From assembly GCA_001600695.1 (NCBI GenBank), contig BCKQ01000010.1, forward strand, positions 1 to 5,862: 5,862 nucleotides of DNA, read 5' to 3'. Under the pieces are notes generated by a model. The model was not told the DNA's origin, did no database searches, and was given only the letters and a program-made list of their open reading frames with translations. Every line of letters starts with the position of its first letter. Position 1 is the first letter of the stretch. The translations under genes were made by a program, and so were the position numbers. Below are positions 1-5,862 of the stretch, piece after piece. The stretch is from Ascoidea asiatica JCM 7603 (taxonomy: Eukaryota > Fungi > Ascomycota).

Positions 1-267
1 CTATCTGTGTACCTGTACACAGACTCATGCAAGGTCATGTAAATTGATGTATTCTTCATGCAACTTATTGCAACTTTATGCAACAATATGTATATTTATG
101 CCTAATTATGCATCTCTATGCATAATTATACATAGTGTTTACACATTATTGTATAATACATAATTCTTTTACGTTTACTATAGATACGAGTCTTTTAGAC
201 CTTCACCACCTATGGTGTTAGTACCAATATATGCCCTAGCATATATAGATCTCTATTATTTCCAACA
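1..267 (-). repeat. Probable 3' LTR (partial, runs off the left edge)
   Basis: The minus strand reads TGTTGGAAATAATAG immediately after a purine tract, resembling the Ty1 LTR start TGTTGGAATA. The region is AT-rich and non-coding. No overlap with the visible part of the 5' LTR is available to confirm it. Confidence 0.65.
26..132. repeat. Degenerate 10-bp-period tandem array with an ATG(C/T)A core
   Basis: ATG starts at 27, 37, 47, 58, 78, 88, 98, 108 and 118, with variants TTG at 68 and ATA at 128. Each is followed by C/T and then nearly always A. Confidence 0.85.
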
Positions 268-282
268 CACCACCTTTTCTTT
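268..282 (-). other. Polypurine tract (plus-strand primer)
   Basis: Minus strand AAAGAAAAGGTGGTG directly abuts TGTTGG. Its end resembles the Ty1 PPT GGGTGGTA. Confidence 0.7.
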
Positions 283-464
283 AACGTTCCTAAGAACCGT
301 TTTTGAAAAAATAATTTAAAAAATATAGATCTTAGATTTGTAAACAAGCTCTCTGAAAAAATTCCTAACGAACGAACTATCCACTTCTTGTGAACAGAAC
401 AGTGTGAGGTTTGCACTCAGTAAAAAAATAGAGCATTGTTTCTTGGATTTGGTCTTAAACATCA

Positions 465-2108
465 TCAAGAATGCTTAGGCAGTAGAGGTGGAACCGACAG
501 CGTATTTTGAGAGTCAAAGACCATCATTGGTCCCAACTTCCATGCTAGGTTAAGAGTAACCAGCTTGGTTAGAATATCTGCCATATTTTCTGTCCCAGAA
601 ATATGCAGAATCTGTCTACTTATCCGATCCTCTATGGGATCGTCATATATTCTTAGCTTCTTGCTAAATATATCTTTAAGTTTCCAACCCCTGATGTCTA
701 AAGGCTTCTTGCCAAAAAACCTGTTTTCGTTGGTCACACTTGTGACCACGGACATATTATCCACTTGATAATATATCTTAATTGTGTCTCCTAGCCACCT
801 TTGTAGCCGTCCAATGATATAACTCTGTTTCGATTCATATTCCACTGATTCGTATGCTCCACATAGTTCAGCTTCATACGCCGACTTTAGAATTAATTTA
901 AGCTGCTGGCTGCGGAAAGCTACTAGCGATCCATTAAGACTAACTGTTAACCCATGCTGGGAGTGTCTTGATAGAGGATCACTCGCGGGATCCGTATTTG
1001 AACACATTGTTACTATGCATTCATTCCTCACCACCTGAGGTTCACAGGCAAAATATAGGCCAAGAAACCTGGTATTTAATAGATATTGAATCAATTTCTT
1101 AATAGGATTCCATATCACTAGCTTCCCGCATATACCATACTGCGCCAAATAATTTCTGGCATACAAAATATCTGGTCGGCAGTTAGAAATAAAAATTAAA
1201 GACCCAATAGCGGCTCTAAGAGCTATGTCCACATCCGGAGAGGACTCAAGAATTTCCTTGGTAATATATGTGTTTGGAAAAATTGGCAATTTAATGTTGA
1301 TATTCACCTGAATACCATAATTTTTGTCCAATTCTTCGATCTTTTCATCATTAAATAAGAATATCCCATTCCTATTTCTTTTGATTTTGTATCCTAATAA
1401 CTGGTCAAACAGACCATTTTTGAGCTTGAAACAGTTGTGTATCTCAATCATAGCGATACATATTTCCTTTTCTGTTTTCGCAGCTATTACGAGATCATCT
1501 ACAAACACGGTAACAATTACACCCTTCTTGTTGTAAATACCTGAGGCATCATTATCATAGAAGTAACCTAACTTCTTCATTCTCTCGGTGAATGTTTTCT
1601 CCCATAGGAGAGGCAGTTGATTTAGACCGTAAACTGCTTTTCTTAACATCAACACAGGTTTTTTCATTCCTCTTGGAATAGGAAAATAAGGCTGTGTTCT
1701 TATATAGATATTCTTGTCTATATCTGCATTAAGAAAAGCAGTGACTATATCAAAAACTCCTACTTGAAGTTTCTGCGATGCAATAAGATGCAATATTATC
1801 CTTAATCCTGCAACGGATAAAAGCAAACTCTCTGTTTCTGAGTAGGATGCTGCATGTTGTAGATCCCCTCGAAGACAGAGCCTAGCTTTCTTCTTACTAT
1901 CAGCTTTGATAGTCAATACCCATATAACCCGTAATATCTGCCCATTAACCGTAGACTCTTCCTCTGGTTCTAGACTCTTCTTAGAGACATGAGCAGATAT
2001 CTCATTGACTACTGCTATTCGCCATCCCTGGTCTTGAATAGCCTTGTAGAGACTGTTAGGTATTCTCTTGATTACATAACATCGGTTGGACCTCGTGGCC
2101 CTCGGTTT
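465..2108 (-). CDS. pol: Reverse transcriptase-RNase H part of pol (open frame of 548 codons including the stop, with no initiator ATG of its own)
   Basis: The frame of ORF 465..1916 stays open up to 2108 (IPNSLYKAIQDQGWRIAVVNEI...WVLTIK). RT motifs: KARLCLRG, FDIVTAFLNA, LRKAVYGLNQ, FVDD (1494-1505), GSLIF..RPDI. RNase H motifs: EAE, VDN, ENMADILTK. Confidence 0.93.
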   Translation of the reverse strand, partial: KPRATRSNRCYVIKRIPNSLYKAIQDQGWRIAVVNEISAHVSKKSLEPEEESTVNGQILRVIWVLTIKADSKKKARLCLRGDLQHAASYSETESLLLSVAGLRIILHLIASQKLQVGVFDIVTAFLNADIDKNIYIRTQPYFPIPRGMKKPVLMLRKAVYGLNQLPLLWEKTFTERMKKLGYFYDNDASGIYNKKGVIVTVFVDDLVIAAKTEKEICIAMIEIHNCFKLKNGLFDQLLGYKIKRNRNGIFLFNDEKIEELDKNYGIQVNINIKLPIFPNTYITKEILESSPDVDIALRAAIGSLIFISNCRPDILYARNYLAQYGICGKLVIWNPIKKLIQYLLNTRFLGLYFACEPQVVRNECIVTMCSNTDPASDPLSRHSQHGLTVSLNGSLVAFRSQQLKLILKSAYEAELCGAYESVEYESKQSYIIGRLQRWLGDTIKIYYQVDNMSVVTSVTNENRFFGKKPLDIRGWKLKDIFSKKLRIYDDPIEDRISRQILHISGTENMADILTKLVTLNLAWKLGPMMVFDSQNTLSVPPLLPKHS

Positions 2109-3400
2109 TCATAAATCAACTTGATCTGTTCGGAGATTGGACCTAAACAGAGAAGGTATCAATTCAGTTGGTTGAATTGAAAAAATAATATCTCCTTCCG
2201 ATACGAAGTCACTACTAAGTAGCTCAAAATCACTGTAATCGTTATCACTTTCTGTGGATCCACCCTCTTGGGTCAGTATCCTTCGTTTTTTGTTCAGATT
2301 CCAAGGTAAATTATCCTTGGATAACTCGGAGGAGTTTTGATTATCAGTAGAACTATCCGCTGTATTCTGTGACTCTTCCGCAAGCTCCTGTATCTTCTTC
2401 ACTTCCAGAAGAGACTTACTAGCCTCTTCTGGACCTAGACTTTTGAACACTTCTAGTCTCCGATCGTTTTCTTCTTTCTTATTCTCATCAAACGGCTTGC
2501 TCATATCTAATGGCCCAGACCAATAACCATTGGTCTCCTCTAAATTAAAATGTCTCGTACGAACTATTGCTCCCTCGACTAATATTATGGCTCGGAGCCC
2601 ATGGGATTCCATTCCTAGGTAATCTCCCTTGAGAGTCCTGGAAATAAATTTCGGAGGAGCAGGTAATAACAATACGTGTGCAGTGGCTCCAAACACATGC
2701 ATCTGTCAAAACGCCTCTTGCGCCCGAAAAGGAGTTCGTATGGACTTTTAAAAATCTTTCTTGCCATCAAGGCACTGTGAGGAAGGCAGTTTTTTCACAT
2801 ACAACGCATGTTATAACATTAACCGCCATAGCCTCACTGGAGCACTGGAATCTACAACAATTGACCTAATTGAAGTTTCTAAGATTCCATTGACTCTCAC
2901 CGCCAAACCATTACTCTTAGGAGAATAAGTTGATGTCATTTGGTGGTTCAATCCATTCTCTTTCACGAATCTCCTAAATTCGAGTGATGTTTACTCTCCT
3001 CCATTATCAGTGAATAAGCTTTTTACTAAATAATTAGATTTTTTCTCATGAAACACCTTATACTCCTTAAATTTTGATAACACTTCTGCTTTCTCAGCAA
3101 GAGTGTAGGCCTCCACATATCTCGTAAATTAATCACTGAATGTTACAATATACTTTTTTTTGTCAAAACTTATTGGCAAAGGGCCCATCACATCACTGTG
3201 TATGATCTCCATTGGTGCACTATCAGTTACTTTCATGGTGACAGCATCAAGACGTCTCATCTTAGCTTTTACGCAGCATATGCAGTCCTTTATTCAACTC
3301 CCAGTTGTATCCCTAGGAAGGTTCGCAATTGTCCCATTATTTAGTGCAAAAGATACTATCTTTTTACCCGCATGGTTAAGTCTCCTATGTAATAACCCAC
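2109..3400 (-). pseudogene. pol: Integrase (HHCC zinc domain, DD35E core, SH3-like region and C-terminal tail), disrupted
   Basis: Motifs LLHRRLNH...CICC, PMEIIHSDVMGP (D 3192-3194), FTDNGGE (D 3006-3008), SPKSNGLAVRVN (E position 2898-2900 is GTG/Val, exactly 35 residues after the second D), KSPYELLFG and HVFGATAHV. In-frame stops at 3294, 3129, 2991, 2811 and 2109. Frameshifts near 2790 and 2705. Confidence 0.93.
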
Positions 3401-3770
3401 TAGTTATATTAATAGAGAGTGCACGAATCTTAATTGCTTCTGAGTGTTTACTTAACACCCCGTAAAAGAACTTACCTTGCTTGGTAAAGGAGGGAACTAT
3501 CCCATTTTGATCATAAATCCCGTCACGGGTTTTTATCAAACTATATATTTCTAGAACATCATGTTCACAAATAATATTAACAGGTATATCTGGAATGTAT
3601 CTTGCAATCACAGTATATTTCTTACATATTATTATATACCCACCAAGACTCACGTGAGTCCTGGTTCCGATTACATCCTCGATGTATCGTCTACGGAGAA
3701 AGGGTAGTAAAGTAAATCTTGTTTATTAAGTAAACTAATCTCGGCACCCAAAAATCCAGTAGTCCCAAGT
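3401..3770 (-). pseudogene. pol: Aspartic protease region, with the active site broken by a frameshift
   Basis: DYWIF (gag frame, to 3750) + one G + GAEISLLNKQDLL (+1 frame) is the remnant of copia WIxDSGA. After a second shift near 3690-3715 it continues IEDVIGTRTHVSLGGYIII...YIPDIPVNII (ORF 3294..3653). Boundaries are approximate. Confidence 0.75.
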
Positions 3771-3839
3771 GACCACTAGGTTGGGTTGGAGCACCACCGC
3801 TCCTGCGCCACTCGCCTCTTGCGAGAGCTTGTACTTGGC

Positions 3840-3881
3840 ACAATCATATCCCATATGGGTAGGTTCCTTGCAATACCAACA
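3840..3881 (-). other. Nucleocapsid CCHC zinc knuckle CWYCKEPTHMGYDC
   Basis: Exact C-X2-C-X4-H-X4-C spacing, preceded by the basic stretch GGKKHPKKGKGK. It is not in the ORF track. Confidence 0.93.
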
Positions 3882-4131
3882 CTCTCTCGAGGAGGTCTTA
3901 CCTTTCCCTTTCTTAGGGTGCTTCTTGCCCCCTGACCCGGGCTTAGTTACCTTAAAGGCTTTAAGACCCGAGATCTCAGTTTTTCTTGAGTCTAAAAACT
4001 GACGAAGACCAATAAGGCAACTAGTGCCTGTTTTGTAAATCCCATTATTAATTTGAAATTTGACTCGGTAGATAGAGTCATCTAAAGACGCTGATTGTTA
4101 ATCATTTCATTCTTTTATTAGAATTGTCGTC

Positions 4132-4456
4132 GAATATTCTAGGCTATTCTTAGAGTTTCTAAGATTGCATAGACTGTTCTAGGACTACATTCTATTGCGT
4201 TCTCAGAACTTCCGTGTGCATGTTAAATGTACTAGAACGTTCTGGGTCTGCATTATTTATTCTTTCTTAAAAGTTCCGTGTGCATGTCAAATGTACTGGA
4301 ATCTTCGTTTTAGTTCTTAGAATGACGTAGTCTCTTCTGGAACAAAACTTTATTCTATTTCTTTTCTTAAGTATGGGAACTGAACTTTCACATACTAAAT
4401 TTACAAATTTATTCTTAAGATGGGTTACCCGTTCCTATTTTCCACTAATATAAATA
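4132..4456 (+). promoter_or_regulatory. Putative promoter in the insertion (HSE-like pairs, CRE, Reb1 site, TATA)
   Basis: GAAnnTTC/TTCnnGAA at 4132, 4235, 4299, 4335 and 4382. ATGACGT at 4322-4328, TTACCCG at 4425-4431 and TATAAATA at 4449-4456. These are motif matches only. Confidence 0.45.
4210..4301. repeat. 28-bp direct repeat within the insertion
   Basis: TTCCGTGTGCATGTTAAATGTACTAGAA (4210-4237) versus TTCCGTGTGCATGTCAAATGTACTGGAA (4274-4301): 26/28 identical, 64 bp apart. Confidence 0.95.
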
Positions 4457-5658
4457 GGGCACTTGCCTCCCATATTTTGTATATAATTTTAATATATTTT
4501 ATATTTTAATTAACAATTGTTTATAATTTGAATTAGATATCTTCTTAGTAATAATTAGATATTTCCTTCGAACTACAATCAACGCATAGATGACTCTACA
4601 GGTTACTTTTTCCGGAGCCGGTTTACCATTACCTTCCAGATACAATCTCTTGAAAGTCTGAAGCTGTAGGTGAAAGTCCGGAAGCCCTTTTTCCTTGGAG
4701 AACATCATGTTCTTCTTAAACTCCTCGAGGTTGAGCAACTCCGACTTCGGAGCTCCTAGGACTATCTCCAACTCGACTAACACTTCCTTAGCCGGAGATA
4801 CCATAGATACATGCTCACGGAACTTTGACTCCATTGTCCACTTCATTAGCCTCTTGCCTTTCTGATCGTTCAGAATGAACGCCTCGTACCCAGACTTGGT
4901 GCGTGATCAGAAAGCGCTAATTTTTTGAGGAGGGCTTTCAACTCCAACAACCAGGAGCTCCAGTTTGAACCACCAAACTGGATCTTCTCTTTGACCAAAT
5001 TTTCTTCAAAAAAAATATCAGTCAAGGACTGAGCCCCTTTGATTGGCTCAACCCTTTTCTCATCCGATCTCCTTTCCTTCTCGGAAACAGTCCCTTTTGA
5101 TTTGCGACTGGATCTGGATGATCCGGAACTAAAGGAACTTTTTGAGGATTACCTTCCTAGTTCCGCAAAACCATTTCTATCAAATCCTACCGGATTATGC
5201 AAGGCATGATTTTGACTCTCCCTCTACGAAGCTTCTCTCTTCTTTTAGATATCCTTCTCAACCTGACGAGGACTCAACAAGAAAGTCAGAAATCTTGCAG
5301 CCCGATTTGTGTAGTTAATGCTTCTGACTTTTTGACCATTATGGACAGGTGAACTTGCCCAATTTGATACCACTGAGTCTGAAATTGAATTTTCGGACAT
5401 ATTCCCTAAACCGCCTTTTATGATATCCGCCATAACCGTATCTTCATCAACCGAAACCACGGATCCACCGGATCTCGGGTTTTCATTTAATTTCAAAGAT
5501 AATGGGACCTGTGTTCCAAGAAAAGGATCTAGACCACTCTCCTGATCTGGTAGAGATTTATTGGTACCGGAATTCAGCATCTCACCGAAAGTTCGGTTAG
5601 CAACTTCTGATGCAACGACATAAGGACTTCTTGCTTGTAAAGAAGAGGTAGAGCTTTC

Positions 5659-5671
5659 AGCGGCGCTACCA
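5659..5671 (-). other. Primer-binding site for initiator tRNA-Met
   Basis: Minus strand TGGTAGCGCCGCT is complementary over 13 nt to the 3' end (...AGCGGCGCUACCA) of yeast tRNA-iMet. The Ty1 PBS is TGGTAGCGCC. Confidence 0.95.
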
Positions 5672-5862
5672 TGATGTTAATTTTCATTCATTTTATAAAA
5701 TGGAATTTATAAATTTTACGTACTTACAAACTATGTATTAATCAATTAACTCGTGCTAATCGATGATCCAAAAAGAAAACTAAATAAAATATCTAAAAGA
5801 TAAGACGAAATCGATTCCGTTTATACTAATTCAGGATTTCTGCGAGGTCCCGCAGAACTATG
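5672..5862 (-). repeat. 5' LTR (partial, U5 side)
   Basis: Abrupt switch to AT-rich sequence next to the PBS. The minus strand ends ...ATTAACATCA|TGGT. The terminal CA may be at 5672 (no spacer) or at 5675 (TTAACA plus a 3-nt spacer). Confidence 0.85.

Larger units (their letters stand above)
4096..4515. mobile_element. Nested ~420-bp insertion, probably a solo LTR of another family
   Basis: Termini TGTTAAT...ATTAACA form a perfect inverted repeat (TG...CA). The segment is AT-rich and non-coding. Deleting 4094-4515 restores an open gag frame (NYKQ|SASLDD...CCHC). Confidence 0.88.
3771..5580 (-). pseudogene. gag: gag, disrupted and split by an insertion
   Basis: ORF 5245..5580 continues in frame across stops at 5245, 5224 and 5149 to FGGSNWSSWLLELKALL (copia gag GxNY/WxxW motif). 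It frameshifts near 4870-4905 into ORF 4499..4846. After the insertion it continues to the zinc knuckle. Confidence 0.85.
1..5862 (-). mobile_element. Degenerate Ty1/copia LTR retrotransposon (both LTRs truncated by the window)
   Basis: Minus-strand domain order is gag(CCHC)-PR-IN-RT-RNase H. IN before RT is diagnostic of Ty1/copia. A tRNA-iMet PBS lies at 5659-5671 and a PPT at 268-282. Confidence 0.97.

Noticed and set aside
26-132. CRISPR-like reading of the periodic array
   Set aside because: The unit is only 10 bp, there are no cas genes and the context is a eukaryotic retroelement.
210-416. 68-aa minus-strand ORF after pol (possible env-like or extra ORF)
   Set aside because: It is short, has a non-ATG start, crosses the PPT/LTR boundary and has no recognisable motif.
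458-464. AACATCA, an inverted match to TGATGTT at 5672, as the 3' LTR boundary
   Set aside because: No polypurine tract adjoins it, whereas 267 has a PPT and a Ty1-like TGTTGGAA start. It is not fully excluded without flanking sequence.
689-698. CCCTGATGTC, a 10-nt match to an internal part of tRNA-iMet (bipartite PBS?)
   Set aside because: It lies within RNase H coding sequence (LDIRG) far from the PBS, so chance is sufficient.
1952-1980. 10-bp direct repeat TAGACTCTTC
   Set aside because: It is short, has only two copies within coding sequence and does not affect the frame.
2109-2111. TGA between IN and RT as a programmed readthrough site
   Set aside because: Known readthrough in this group (Tca2) is at the gag-pol junction. 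With seven other stops present, a nonsense mutation is the simpler explanation.
565-4002. Plus-strand ORFs 565..768, 1324..1536, 2678..2869, 3160..3465 and 3769..4002
   Set aside because: These are short antisense shadows of gag-pol with no motifs.
2109-5247. RIP-like C-to-T origin of the stop codons
   Set aside because: At least two stops (2991 at a Tyr position, 3129 at an acidic position) imply transversions, and frameshifts are common. This cannot be tested without a consensus.

Overview
The whole window is one decayed Ty1/copia (Pseudoviridae) LTR retrotransposon on the minus strand, most likely from a budding yeast, because its PBS matches the S. cerevisiae-type initiator tRNA-Met 3' end. 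Reading from right to left: partial 5' LTR (5672/5675-5862), tRNA-iMet primer-binding site (5659-5671), gag with a CCHC zinc knuckle, protease, HHCC/DD35E integrase, RT-RNase H (uninterrupted from 2108 to 465), a ~180-nt 3' UTR, a polypurine tract (268-282) and a probable partial 3' LTR (1-267). By manual translation gag-PR-IN carries 8 in-frame stops and about 5 frameshifts. Gag is split by a nested ~420-bp TG...CA element (4096-4515) whose removal restores the reading frame, and which is rich in stress-promoter-like motifs. The probable 3' LTR contains a 10-bp-phased ATG(C/T)A array. All calls come from manual reading and motif knowledge, with no database searches.
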